From: a virus | Taxonomy: Duplodnaviria; Caudoviricetes | IMG/VR virus record: IMGVR_UViG_3300033066_001173 | Location: 4,880-68,879 of that record | Length of the DNA stretch: 64,000 nucleotides | Reading direction: 5' to 3' (one strand) | Part shown: positions 8,337 to 18,800 of the stretch, piece by piece | Layout: the number at the start of each line of letters is the position of its first letter | How positions within the stretch are numbered: the stretch's first letter is position 1 | The notes under the pieces: model-generated | The model's database searches: none | The model's input: only the letters and a program-made list of their open reading frames with translations | Told to the model about the DNA's origin: nothing | Program-made: the position numbers and the translations under genes

Positions 8337-8573
8337 ATGGAAAAAGAATTAAAAGAAATTGATGAAAAATTGTTAAATATAATCAATGACCAAAATGGGG
8401 ATTATGATTATATAGTACGACAAGCTGAAAAAGCAAGAATAGTCCTACAAGATATATTACGAGTATTGCGCCAACCTGATGTTATAAAATCGGTTTGTGA
8501 TAAGCACGATTTTTCGATACTTGATAAGTACGGATATAAATGTAAGTGTGGAGAAAGGGAGAGACTATTTTGA
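8337..8573 (+). CDS. Hypothetical protein with C-terminal Cys/His motif
   Basis: 78 aa; CDKH...YKCKCG. Confidence 0.55.
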   Translation: MEKELKEIDEKLLNIINDQNGDYDYIVRQAEKARIVLQDILRVLRQPDVIKSVCDKHDFSILDKYGYKCKCGERERLF

Positions 8574-8728
8574 ACAAACTGTTTTATAACTACGGGATTG
8601 TCGCAACAATACTAAAGCATGAATATTTCATTATCAAAGGGGAATGGGGTTCGGTTGTTGAATTCCTTTTTAGAGCAAAGGAAGTGTATGGTTGTAAATT
8701 TTAATTATATTTGTAAAAAAAAATTAAC

Positions 8729-9022
8729 ATGACACCTACATCAGTTAAAATGCCAGGAGGTGAATTCTGTAAAGGAGGAACCTGCAAGAAAGTATCTCAG
8801 ATATTAAGGGCAAAACCAAATTCAAAGAAAAGATATTCTATAGATAAAAAAAAGAATAGTCCTAAGCCTCCGGAAACTGATGACGACTATGTTAAAAAGG
8901 AGGAGCCAAAAATTCTTCTTTCTATAACTAAACATTCTTATGGAGAGCCGGAAGAAAAATTATATGACGGAGAAGATACTCCTGCGGCTAGAAAGAAATT
9001 TGGAACAAAAACCGTAAAGTAA
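8729..9022 (+). CDS. Hypothetical Lys-rich protein
   Basis: 97 aa, with TATATTTG at 8706-8713 just upstream. Confidence 0.6.
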   Translation: MTPTSVKMPGGEFCKGGTCKKVSQILRAKPNSKKRYSIDKKKNSPKPPETDDDYVKKEEPKILLSITKHSYGEPEEKLYDGEDTPAARKKFGTKTVK

Positions 9023-9095
9023 TAAACGGCCATTAGATTAATAGAGTCCTTGGTTAACCGGACATCGATGTAACTAATGGCTTTTATTTTAAAAT

Positions 9096-9797
9096 ATGTC
9101 TCATCTTATAGTAGAGGATTTATCTAGAGTAAGGACAAGTATAGGACAGGTTTTAATAAAGCCGGGACCAGAAAATGATCATGTAGTTATTGGAGAAGAA
9201 AATCATCAGCTTAAAGTTTGGCTAGACAGTTCATACGACCCATTAAAATTCTCTGTAACATTTGGAGAAGTAGTTTGTGTTCCTCCAAGGATAGACGACG
9301 TTCTTGAAACTACAATAGAAATAGAAAAAGGAGACACTGTTTTTTTTCATTATCTATCATGCGCAAATGCCATTCGTGATAAAAAATACATCATTCACAA
9401 TAATCAATTTTACTACATAGTAAATTACTCTGCCTTATTTTGTGCAAAAAGAAACGATCAGGTTATAACTCTTAATGGTCATATTCTGGTAGAACCAATA
9501 GATGATAGTTTAAATGATAAAACGGATTGGGGATTTATTATTCCTGAGAATATAAGAAAGAAGAATCACTGTAATTTAGGCAGGGTAGTATATGCAGGAA
9601 ATCCACTTTTGGGACAAAAAAAAACATGCAATGAAGGGGATTTAGTTTTCTTTAGGACATTCTCAAATACCCCGCTTCAATACGAATTATTCTCTAACTT
9701 CAAAGAGAAAAACACGTACTATAGAATGAAGTATGAAAATATTTATGGAATAAAAAATGAACATCAAGATAGAGGACTTCAGTCAATTACAGTATAA
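9096..9797 (+). CDS. Tandem GroES-like co-chaperonin domain protein
   Basis: Two GroES-like repeats: VLIKP...GEVVCVP...IEKGDTVFF and HILVEP...KTDWGFIIP...GRVVYAG...NEGDLVFF. Confidence 0.7.
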   Translation: MSHLIVEDLSRVRTSIGQVLIKPGPENDHVVIGEENHQLKVWLDSSYDPLKFSVTFGEVVCVPPRIDDVLETTIEIEKGDTVFFHYLSCANAIRDKKYIIHNNQFYYIVNYSALFCAKRNDQVITLNGHILVEPIDDSLNDKTDWGFIIPENIRKKNHCNLGRVVYAGNPLLGQKKTCNEGDLVFFRTFSNTPLQYELFSNFKEKNTYYRMKYENIYGIKNEHQDRGLQSITV

Positions 9798-10452
9798 TGT
9801 TAAGTCGTTAAAGCCAAAACAAAAAGTTTTGGAAGTATTCTCTGAGCTAGAAAGATATAGTGAATTCAATGTTGTTCTTAGAGAGGCGAAGGTTTTTTTA
9901 AAAAAGAATAAAGATGAGGAATCGGAGGAGGCTCCAAAAATTATAGACAAGGACAAGTTTATAAAATACATTATCTATTGTTATGATAAAAAGAGCCCTT
10001 TTCTTATGGAGAAGAATCTATATAAGAGAAAAGTTCTGTGCGCTATTGAGGCTGGATTCGAATTAAATAAAGACGGGAAGTTTTTTCCTCACATAGAAGA
10101 TGCTATTGCCGGAAGGAATGAATTGGCAAACAGGATGATTATTAGGTATGTTAGAAATCAGAGGGATCTTAGGTATTCGCTGCTAGTTTCGGGTCTAGAA
10201 AATTATTATGATAATATATCAAAGCTAGAGGAAAGAAGAAAGGGTGACGATGCGGAGGATAGCACAACTAAAACAGATTTATTTGCGAAGACAAAAAAAA
10301 TGCTGGATGATTTAGAGGTGCTGGGGGATGACTTATTTCAAGGAGACATAGAGCTAATTTATACTGCAGATGAAGTTGGGCAGGAGGAGTCTGGTAATAT
10401 TGTGAGTTACCCGGAGTGGATTGCTAAACAGAGGGATAATGGCGAATCTTAA
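9757..10452 (+). CDS. Putative terminase small subunit
   Basis: Position immediately before TerL and a helical/coiled-coil sequence; assignment by synteny only. Confidence 0.4.
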   Translation: MNIKIEDFSQLQYNVKSLKPKQKVLEVFSELERYSEFNVVLREAKVFLKKNKDEESEEAPKIIDKDKFIKYIIYCYDKKSPFLMEKNLYKRKVLCAIEAGFELNKDGKFFPHIEDAIAGRNELANRMIIRYVRNQRDLRYSLLVSGLENYYDNISKLEERRKGDDAEDSTTKTDLFAKTKKMLDDLEVLGDDLFQGDIELIYTADEVGQEESGNIVSYPEWIAKQRDNGES

Positions 10453-13400
10453 AAAATATTCAGACTTCAAGCAGGAGATAATTTTATTCGAAGGAATTGA
10501 TGACATACATCCAGTATCAATCATACTTCCAGATCCCCCAAATAAAAATACAATAGCAAATTACAATAGGCCTGCTTCTTCACAGAAATGGGAAAAGATT
10601 CCATTGCCAAAAGATTTTTCGAGGTTTAGTAGAATGGACAAGGAGGATATCCATAAGTTATTAAGGCCAGACGAACATAAGTATATTGTAGGAGAGTATA
10701 AAAACATAGAAAACGGAAAGTGGTTTTATAATAATGGAGATCTAACATACATAACCGGCAATCATTATTTTTATCTGAACTATTGGGTGCCTGATTTTGG
10801 AAAGCCAAACTATAAACAAACGGATAGAAATGTTTTTTTGCATTGGGAAAAAATTGTTAAAGATGAAGGCTGTCATGGGCTTGTTGAGATGACTCGTAGG
10901 CGACAAGGAAAGTGTTTTGGGTTGAATACTCCTATAAGGATGTACGACGGATCCGTTAAAATGGTTCAGGATATTAAAGACGGAGATTTTGTTATGGGCG
11001 ATGATTCTGAAAAAAGAATAGTATCTGGGATTACTTCCGGGAGAGAAGAGATGTTTGAAATTATTCCACACAAAGGGGATTCTTTTTTGTGCAATAAATC
11101 ACATATTTTGTCCTTGTATTATAATAAGCAATGTGGTAATTTAAAAAGAGGCTGGAAGAAACAGTCGATAATAAATATAAGCGTAGGCGATTATTTGAAT
11201 TTAGAAGACCACGAGAAAAGTCATTTAGTTTTGTTTAGGGCTGGCTGGGGCGATAATTTTAAAGAAAATAAGCATTACATACCTCCATATTTATTGGGTG
11301 TTTATTTAGGAGATGGAAATAAATATGATGGAGGTATAACAACAGTAGATTATGAAATCGTAGATGAGCTTAATAAGTTTTGCGACCGAAACAACTTAAA
11401 TCTACATAATTATAAATTATCATACAGATTATTAAGAAAAGAAACTGATGGCGGAAAGTCATTATCAATATGTAAGGAGGGGAATATATTGTTTTTTAAA
11501 ACAATAAAAGAGCTTAATGATTTTTTTGGATGGGGCCATGATAGTCGTAGGCATTTAAGAAGTTGGTTTAAAGAAAAATACAACCCCAAATACCTATATC
11601 TGGATGAGAAAAATCCATATAGAAAAGGGTTGGCTAAGATCGGAGTGCTTTTCAATAAAAATATACCAAAAGAATATTTGATTGATTCTGAAAAAAACAG
11701 ACTAGAATTGTTAGCTGGACTTATAGATACGGATGGTTATCTTCAGAGCGAGAAAAGGAAGCCAACTCCGTCATATTCTTATGAAATAATTCAAAAGAAT
11801 AAAAATATAGCAACAGGGATAGTCGAGCTTTCAAGGAGCCTTGGGTTTTATACTAGTATAAATATTAAAAAATCAACACTTAAAAGAAAGAATAAAGAGG
11901 ATTATTCGTGTAATGTTTATAGAATAAAAATACATGGAAGTATAGACAGAATACCTGTTAGAATAAAAAGAAAGAAAATCAATCATGTATACAAGCCACG
12001 GGTCAATTCTTTGAATACCGGATTTGAGGTAAGGCCTGTTGGAATGGGTGATTATTATGGGTTTTCCGTAGATAAAAATAATTTATTTTTATTGGCAGAT
12101 GGAACTGTTGTTCATAATTCTGCAAGAGCTGGCTGCATCGCTTACTACAGAACGTTTTCGCATAAAAATAGGTATTGTGGAATTCAAAGCAAAACAGACG
12201 ATGACGCATCAGAATTCTTTCAAAAAACAATAGCTCTTCCTTGGAAAAAACTTCCATTTTTTTTCCAGCCACACTACGATAACACAAATAATCCAAGGCA
12301 CGAATTACGTTTTTATACTCCTACAAAAAGAGGAAAGGAGAGTCAGCTTGAGCTTGGGAATGAAGACGCACTAGAATCATGGATACAGGTTAGGGCATCT
12401 GGAGAAACTGCTTTTGATGGAGCAAAGCTTCACACTAGCATAGAGGATGAGATAGGTAAAACTGTGGTTGCTAATGTTTCTAAAAGATGGGATATAAAAA
12501 AGTTTTGCCTAGAGGTGGATGGAGAAATTATTGGAAAGGCCCTGATGACGACTACCGTTGAAGAGATGGAAAAAATGGGGGGGAAATTCTTTAAGGATAT
12601 ATGGGACGCAAGCGATATTGGATCTAAGCTTTATAAGGACACAGGAAGGACTGAGAGTGGATTGCACAGGCATTTTACACCGGCATACGAAGGATACCTT
12701 GTAGACGATTACGGGAATAGTAAAGTTGAAGAGTCTAAAAAAGATTTAATATCAAAAAGAGAGGCTCTTAGAAGTAAGTCGGCAGCCTTGACTTCTTTAA
12801 AAAGAAAGATGCCGTTTACGATTAAAGAGGCTTTTAGGTCAGCAGGGAAAGAGTGTCCATTTAATGTGGAAATAATAGATTCTCGATTAGAGTTTTTTAC
12901 TTTTGATAATCCATACGTGAGCTATGGAAATTTCAGATGGAAGGACAATCAAAAAGACACTACAGTAATATTTGAAAAAACAAATAAAGAACATGCAAAG
13001 TTTATAGTATCGTACTTATTCGAAAATCCTATAGAGGCAAACAAGATTATTTATAGGTCATCAGAGAGATTTCCCGGAAACACTACATTCGGAATAGCCG
13101 GGGCTGATCCATTTAAGTACAATGAAACAATTGGAAGTAAAAAATCAAAGGGTTCTGGTGTTGTTTTTATGAATCATAATATATTAGTTGACCCCGAAGA
13201 TAAAGATGTGTCCGAATGGAAGACAAATAGATTTATTTGCTCCTACAATAATCGAACCTCAGATAAAAGGGAGTATGGCGAGGACATGATAATGATGTGT
13301 GTTTATTATGGTATTCAAATGTTTCCAGAGGTTAATGTGGATTTTGTTTGGGACTACTTCCTGGAAAGAGGATATGGAGGTTATTTGTTTTACCAAAGGA

Positions 13401-13681
13401 ACTCCCATCATAGAATATCTAAGACCCCCGGAGCGAACACAAATGATAAAACAAAAGATGCTATATTTGCAGAGTTTGAATCGTATATAAATTTACATGG
13501 ATCAAGAGATGTTCATCCGGAAATACTTGAAGCAGCAAGAGAGGTTGATTTTATGAATCTAGGGCCAAGTGATTTATTTGTTGCATCGGGATATGCTTTG
13601 CTTGGTGCTAAAAAAAGTTTTAAATTGCGTCCTGATACAAAAAAGATATCCGGGAAGCTATTTCATACATACTCAGTATAA
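10439..13681 (+). CDS. terL: Terminase large subunit, intein-containing
   Basis: After removing the intein: Walker A TRRRQGK|S, Walker B-like SIEDEIGK, nuclease AGADPF and GPSDLFVASGYA. Lies upstream of the portal. Confidence 0.92.
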   Translation: MANLKKYSDFKQEIILFEGIDDIHPVSIILPDPPNKNTIANYNRPASSQKWEKIPLPKDFSRFSRMDKEDIHKLLRPDEHKYIVGEYKNIENGKWFYNNGDLTYITGNHYFYLNYWVPDFGKPNYKQTDRNVFLHWEKIVKDEGCHGLVEMTRRRQGKCFGLNTPIRMYDGSVKMVQDIKDGDFVMGDDSEKRIVSGITSGREEMFEIIPHKGDSFLCNKSHILSLYYNKQCGNLKRGWKKQSIINISVGDYLNLEDHEKSHLVLFRAGWGDNFKENKHYIPPYLLGVYLGDGNKYDGGITTVDYEIVDELNKFCDRNNLNLHNYKLSYRLLRKETDGGKSLSICKEGNILFFKTIKELNDFFGWGHDSRRHLRSWFKEKYNPKYLYLDEKNPYRKGLAKIGVLFNKNIPKEYLIDSEKNRLELLAGLIDTDGYLQSEKRKPTPSYSYEIIQKNKNIATGIVELSRSLGFYTSINIKKSTLKRKNKEDYSCNVYRIKIHGSIDRIPVRIKRKKINHVYKPRVNSLNTGFEVRPVGMGDYYGFSVDKNNLFLLADGTVVHNSARAGCIAYYRTFSHKNRYCGIQSKTDDDASEFFQKTIALPWKKLPFFFQPHYDNTNNPRHELRFYTPTKRGKESQLELGNEDALESWIQVRASGETAFDGAKLHTSIEDEIGKTVVANVSKRWDIKKFCLEVDGEIIGKALMTTTVEEMEKMGGKFFKDIWDASDIGSKLYKDTGRTESGLHRHFTPAYEGYLVDDYGNSKVEESKKDLISKREALRSKSAALTSLKRKMPFTIKEAFRSAGKECPFNVEIIDSRLEFFTFDNPYVSYGNFRWKDNQKDTTVIFEKTNKEHAKFIVSYLFENPIEANKIIYRSSERFPGNTTFGIAGADPFKYNETIGSKKSKGSGVVFMNHNILVDPEDKDVSEWKTNRFICSYNNRTSDKREYGEDMIMMCVYYGIQMFPEVNVDFVWDYFLERGYGGYLFYQRNSHHRISKTPGANTNDKTKDAIFAEFESYINLHGSRDVHPEILEAAREVDFMNLGPSDLFVASGYALLGAKKSFKLRPDTKKISGKLFHTYSV
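10913..12118 (+). mobile_element. Intein (402 aa) with LAGLIDADG homing endonuclease
   Basis: Starts CFGLNTPIRMYDG and ends LLADGTVVHN before Ser+1; blocks YLLGVYLGDG and LELLAGLIDTDG; inserted in Walker A. Confidence 0.95.
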
Positions 13682-13693
13682 AAAGTTATCAAC

Positions 13694-16189
13694 ATGGCCG
13701 ACATTAATTTAAACCAAAAAACAACCTCCTTCCCAAGCGACTGGATAGATCCAAAATTAAAACAGGAAAAGGCGTATAATATTCAATATGCAAAGGCTGC
13801 GTATGACTTATATAATTCGGATAATGTTTTAATACCGGCAAACAGAAGGGTTGATTATATTAACAACAGACTTTACGCCGAAGGCAATCAGGACAATACA
13901 AAGTATAAAAAGTGGATGTCTTTTAAGGATGAGGATGGGGCCCAAAAATCTTATGTCGATCTTGATTATTCTCCTGTTTCTCCGATTGTAAAATACAGAA
14001 ATATAGTTTTAGGACTTCTAGAGAAGCAGGATTATGAAATAGATCTTTCTGCTATTGATCCAGCCTCAGACGAGGAAAGGCTTCAGATAAAATACAATAT
14101 TTGGGCAAAGAAAAAGGTTGATGAAATGCTTGTTGCGGAAGGCCTTATAGCAGATGTTAGTGGAGAGCAAGAGGAAATAATGCCGGAAACAAAAGAAGAG
14201 CTTGAGATTTATATGGATACCATAAAGCTATCTACGGAGATGGCTATGTCCGGTATATTAGATTTAACTTTTTATCACAACGATTGGACTGAAATAAGAA
14301 AAATGATTTGGGCAGACTTGTTCGACAATGGAATAGCAGGAACAAGAGAGTATGTAACAAAGCAAGGAGAGCACAAAATAAGATATGTTGATCCAGTTAA
14401 TTTGTTTGTTAGGAGAACAAGAAGAAATGATTGTAAGGGGTCTAACGCCATTGGGGAAATAGTTGAAATGACGTTGTCTGAGCTATATGCAGATGCAGGA
14501 GATCAATTGTCTATAAAGGATTATAAGGATGTTGTTGGGTATAGTTCAGGAAAATACAACAATCCAATCGCTTATTTTAGTGATTTTATTGACACTGATT
14601 CTGATGAATTCAGGATGTATGGACAGTACGGATTTTTAAATCAGTATGGGGAGAACAAAATAAAAGTCATGGATTTAACTTGGCTTACTGTAGATGAATC
14701 TTTTTATGAACAAAAAGAAAATGTTGCAGGAGACACTATGACGTACCCCAAGGAATATGGGTACAAAGCAAAGAAGTACGAATACTTTACCAGAGATTCA
14801 GATAGTGGAGTGGAGTATATTAAAAAAGATGATTCCGGAAAAGAAAAGAAGATAAGCAAAGATGTTTATTACAAGGAAAGAAACAGAAAGAGCCGGTCGT
14901 CTTCATCTGCGGCTTGTGTTATGTCTTATGGGTGTAAGTGGATCATTGGTACCGATTGCGCATACGACTACGGAAAGCTTAAGGATATGCCAAGAGAAAA
15001 GTCTAATCTAAAAGAAACGAATTTACCATACCATATCTACAGGCTTACAAATAAGTCTTACATCGAGCAGACGATTCCGTTTATTGATGGATTTATGTTG
15101 TCTTGGATGAAGCTTCAGAACGCAAAAGCGAAAGCTAGGCCAAATGGACTTATTATAGAGCTGGATGCATTAGAAAACATGAGCATAGGCGGAAGTGAAT
15201 TTACTCCACTACAAGCTCTAGCAGTATATGATGCGACAGGAAATCTTATTTATAAAGGAACCGGAGTTAATGGAGATCCTACTAGGCACAGGCCCGTGGA
15301 AAATGCCATTGGAGGAATGGGGCAAATATGGCAAGAGCTTGTTGGGGACATTAACTTCAATATAGAAATGATAAGAAGTGTCACTGGATTTAATGAAGTT
15401 TTTGACGCATCTTCTCCTCAGAAAGGACAGTCTGTTACAGGAAGTCAAATAGCATTAAATGCGTCGGCCAACTCTTTGGAGCCACTGATTAGTGCATATA
15501 AAAACATATTTACAAGGACTGCAAAGTCGTCTGCGCTTAGGCTTCAGATGATGTCTAAGTATAATAAATTAAAAGGATACGAGTACGCTATTGGAGAGGC
15601 TCCTAGAAAAATAATTGAAATCACCCAAGACTTAAGCTTAATGGAGTTGGGAATAAAAGTTCAGGCCAAGCCTTCTCAGGATCAAAAAGCAAAAATTGAA
15701 TCAGCTGCATTAACAGCACTCAATACAAGAGATGAATCTGGATTCGGACAAATAACATATCCGGATTATTTATTTATAATGAGAATTTTAGATGGCGGAA
15801 ATTTGAGGTATGCGGAAAAGGTTCTTGCATTTAGAATAGAAAAACGTGTTAAGGCGAAGATGGAAATTAACCAACAGAATTCAGAGGTGAATGCCCAGAT
15901 ACAAGAAAGATCGATATCCTCTAAGGCCCAAGTTGACAATGAAAAGATGGATAAAGAACATGCGTTTAAATTAGAGGAAATTGATAGGGCTGCCGACGCA
16001 GAAATAAGGGTTAATGAACATAAATATACAAAGCAAGGGCAAGCACAAATTGCTACCACGCAAATAAAAGCAGGAGCCTCTCAATCAAAGGATCAGTCTG
16101 ACATACAGAAGAAAGAGATAGAATCTCAGTCTAAAATTCAGGTTGCTGAAATGGGTATGGTTAAAGAAAAAATAGAAGAAAAAGTTTGA
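13694..16189 (+). CDS. Portal protein
   Basis: 831 aa directly after TerL; PVSPIVKYRNIV, DNGIAG, IRYVDPVNL; C-terminal coiled coil. Confidence 0.85.
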   Translation: MADINLNQKTTSFPSDWIDPKLKQEKAYNIQYAKAAYDLYNSDNVLIPANRRVDYINNRLYAEGNQDNTKYKKWMSFKDEDGAQKSYVDLDYSPVSPIVKYRNIVLGLLEKQDYEIDLSAIDPASDEERLQIKYNIWAKKKVDEMLVAEGLIADVSGEQEEIMPETKEELEIYMDTIKLSTEMAMSGILDLTFYHNDWTEIRKMIWADLFDNGIAGTREYVTKQGEHKIRYVDPVNLFVRRTRRNDCKGSNAIGEIVEMTLSELYADAGDQLSIKDYKDVVGYSSGKYNNPIAYFSDFIDTDSDEFRMYGQYGFLNQYGENKIKVMDLTWLTVDESFYEQKENVAGDTMTYPKEYGYKAKKYEYFTRDSDSGVEYIKKDDSGKEKKISKDVYYKERNRKSRSSSSAACVMSYGCKWIIGTDCAYDYGKLKDMPREKSNLKETNLPYHIYRLTNKSYIEQTIPFIDGFMLSWMKLQNAKAKARPNGLIIELDALENMSIGGSEFTPLQALAVYDATGNLIYKGTGVNGDPTRHRPVENAIGGMGQIWQELVGDINFNIEMIRSVTGFNEVFDASSPQKGQSVTGSQIALNASANSLEPLISAYKNIFTRTAKSSALRLQMMSKYNKLKGYEYAIGEAPRKIIEITQDLSLMELGIKVQAKPSQDQKAKIESAALTALNTRDESGFGQITYPDYLFIMRILDGGNLRYAEKVLAFRIEKRVKAKMEINQQNSEVNAQIQERSISSKAQVDNEKMDKEHAFKLEEIDRAADAEIRVNEHKYTKQGQAQIATTQIKAGASQSKDQSDIQKKEIESQSKIQVAEMGMVKEKIEEKV

Positions 16190-16241
16190 TAAATAAAAAC
16201 ATCTTGTATATTTGCAAATGAATATGCAAGAAAGAAAGTAA

Positions 16242-17378
16242 ATGGAAAAAAGAGATGATATAACAAGGGATGCTTCGGATGATATCGCTGCTTTAATCAA
16301 AGAGCAAGGGTACTCAACGTCTCCTCCATCGGATGTCGAAACGGCACCAGATCCAATAGCTAATTCAGCAGCAGAACCTGCGGCAGAAACTACGAAAGTG
16401 GCAGACGAAAAGGATCCTGTTATTAAAGAAAAAGAAGTTGAAGTAATAGCACCTTCTGAAGAACCTAAGCAAGAAACTCCTGTAGAGGTAGACTACGAAA
16501 AAATACTAGGCGAAATGTCTGGCGGGTCTATTAAAAGCAAGGATGATCTTAGTAAGATTATTCAGGAGCACCAAGAGGCGCAAGAATTGTTGCAATCTGA
16601 TACATATCAGTATGCGGCTAAACTTTCTGCTTGGGAAAAAGAAGGACACCCTACGGAGCTTTTCTCTCCTATACAGAGCTTAACCGCTGAAGAAATTTCG
16701 GCAATGGAAAGCTCAGATGTTGTGGCGATTAAATTAAAGTTGGAGAATCCTGACTGGACAGAAGAAGATATCTCATTGCTTATAAAAGAAGAGTATAAGC
16801 AGAATAAGGATATTCATTCCGAAGACTCTGTGAAGGCCGGGTCATTAAGAATGCAAAGAGAGGCAAATCAATTTCGTAGTAAGCTAAATGAGTTAAAGAA
16901 CATGACTTATGTGCCTACTTCGGAAAACAAAAAAGCGGAAGCACAAGCAATAGAGTCACAGAGAGTTGAGTCTTGGAAAAAGGCGGTTCCTAGTTTTGTT
17001 TCAGATCTAAACAAAATATCGGTTTCGCTAGATGAAAAAGGTACAACTTTTGAATATACGCCTACAAAAGAACAGAAAGAAGAAATAGCAAGGGAGATGG
17101 AAGACATAATGTCCAGAGCTCCGGTGAAATTTAATGAAGATGGAATAAAAGCATTTAAAGCGATCATGCAAGAGAAGTTTATTAACAGAAATATTAACCA
17201 CATCTCTAAGGCAATCGCTCAGAAAGTGTCGTCTAAAAAAGAGGAAGAAAAAATTCTTCAGATACACAATCCAACAGGAGCTAAAGCAGAGCATGTTCCA
17301 TCGGCTACTAAAACAGTTAGAACGGAAGATGACGCTGTTAAGGCAATAATGGAAGCAGAGGGTATTCGCAAGAGGTGA
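16242..17378 (+). CDS. Putative scaffolding protein
   Basis: Acidic, Pro/Glu-rich N-terminus and helical body; lies between portal and MCP; promoter TATATTTG at 16207-16214. Confidence 0.65.
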   Translation: MEKRDDITRDASDDIAALIKEQGYSTSPPSDVETAPDPIANSAAEPAAETTKVADEKDPVIKEKEVEVIAPSEEPKQETPVEVDYEKILGEMSGGSIKSKDDLSKIIQEHQEAQELLQSDTYQYAAKLSAWEKEGHPTELFSPIQSLTAEEISAMESSDVVAIKLKLENPDWTEEDISLLIKEEYKQNKDIHSEDSVKAGSLRMQREANQFRSKLNELKNMTYVPTSENKKAEAQAIESQRVESWKKAVPSFVSDLNKISVSLDEKGTTFEYTPTKEQKEEIAREMEDIMSRAPVKFNEDGIKAFKAIMQEKFINRNINHISKAIAQKVSSKKEEEKILQIHNPTGAKAEHVPSATKTVRTEDDAVKAIMEAEGIRKR

Positions 17379-17394
17379 TAAAATAAATTAAAAA

Positions 17395-18738
17395 ATGGCA
17401 ACACCAAGTGCAGTAACCGCAGTGTATTCAGATGCTTACATAAGTACATTTGACATACACAAACCTGAATATAGAAACACTTTATTCAGAAAATATGGAG
17501 ATCAAGGTCTAGGATTTTATCAAATCATGGACACTCTAGGCTATATTGAGCCAGTAGCTCAAACACAATACAGCCACTTTGAAGAAGACTGGATTCATGT
17601 TCCAGTTCACGTTAGAGCAAACGTAGCATCTCCTGGTGCAGGAAATCCTGTTTTGTTTACCTTAGGTACAGAAGATTTGGATTCTAACAACAGGTTTTAC
17701 ATCCAACTTGGAGACAACGTAATGTTTACAAATCAAGTAACAGGAACTGTTACAAACGTAAATATTACAACTCCATCAGCTCCGATCATAACCGTTCAAC
17801 CTCATCAATCTACCGATAACATCGGGGCGTTGGTTGCAGGTGATACTGTTATCATCTACTCTAATGATTTCGCAGAAGGAACAGGACAGCCTTCAGGAAA
17901 AGTTGCTCGTCAGATTAAGTACAGCTTCAATACGAAGATCGTAAAAGAAACTAACGAGTATACCGGTTCGGAAGCAACAAACCAATTGTGGTTTGATAAA
18001 ACTTCTGATGGACAATCAATCCCTGCTATTTATTTAAAAGGACAATTAGATACAGATTACCGTATGTCTTTGAGAATGAATGGAGCTATGTTATTCGACC
18101 GACCAACTACAAATACTACTTTGGTAGCATCTGGAAACAGAACTACTACCGGTTTAGTTCCTTGGGTTAGAGGTGGTGGTAACGTAGATACTTACACTTC
18201 TGGTTTTTATGCGTTGCCTGATTTTGATATTATGAATAATATCTTGGATCAAAATTTTGCTCCTGCAGAATTATTGGCAATGCTTGGGTTTGGTTTGCAT
18301 ACAGAATGGGATAACCTTTTTGTAAACAGCTTTACTCAAGGTGCGATTGTGTACGCTATGTTTAAAGAAGCTCGTAAGGCAGAAGATCTTACTATCGGCT
18401 TTAAATCTTTCACAAAAACCGAAAGAACATGGCACATCAAAAGAATGGCAGGATTTAATCATCCTCAAACCTACGGAGCTCCAGGATATAAAATTCCAGG
18501 AATGGGCGTAGTTATGCCAATGGATGCGAAGAAAGATTCCGTAACAGGAAACATCATCCCTTCTTTTGGACAACGTTATAAAGCCCTTGGCGGTTATAAC
18601 AGAAAGATGAAAGTTTGGTTGACTGGTGGTGCGAAAGCGTCTACCAATCAAGTGGATAAAGATGAATTGAACATGAGAAGTGAATTTGGAACAGAATTCA
18701 TTGCTTCAAATCGATTCTTCTTAATCGAACAAGCATAA
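17395..18738 (+). CDS. Major capsid protein
   Basis: 447 aa after the scaffold, followed by a strong terminator; KPEY..L.RKYGDQ and YSHFEEDWIH resemble Bacteroidota podophage MCPs. Confidence 0.85.
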   Translation: MATPSAVTAVYSDAYISTFDIHKPEYRNTLFRKYGDQGLGFYQIMDTLGYIEPVAQTQYSHFEEDWIHVPVHVRANVASPGAGNPVLFTLGTEDLDSNNRFYIQLGDNVMFTNQVTGTVTNVNITTPSAPIITVQPHQSTDNIGALVAGDTVIIYSNDFAEGTGQPSGKVARQIKYSFNTKIVKETNEYTGSEATNQLWFDKTSDGQSIPAIYLKGQLDTDYRMSLRMNGAMLFDRPTTNTTLVASGNRTTTGLVPWVRGGGNVDTYTSGFYALPDFDIMNNILDQNFAPAELLAMLGFGLHTEWDNLFVNSFTQGAIVYAMFKEARKAEDLTIGFKSFTKTERTWHIKRMAGFNHPQTYGAPGYKIPGMGVVMPMDAKKDSVTGNIIPSFGQRYKALGGYNRKMKVWLTGGAKASTNQVDKDELNMRSEFGTEFIASNRFFLIEQA

Positions 18739-18742
18739 TTCC

Positions 18743-18777
18743 AATTAGCACCACCTAAGACGTGGTGCTAATTTTTT
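18743..18777 (+). terminator. Rho-independent terminator after MCP
   Basis: 12-bp stem AATTAGCACCAC/GTGGTGCTAATT running into a T-tract. Confidence 0.9.
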
Positions 18778-18800
18778 AATAACAAAAAAACGAAAGAGAA

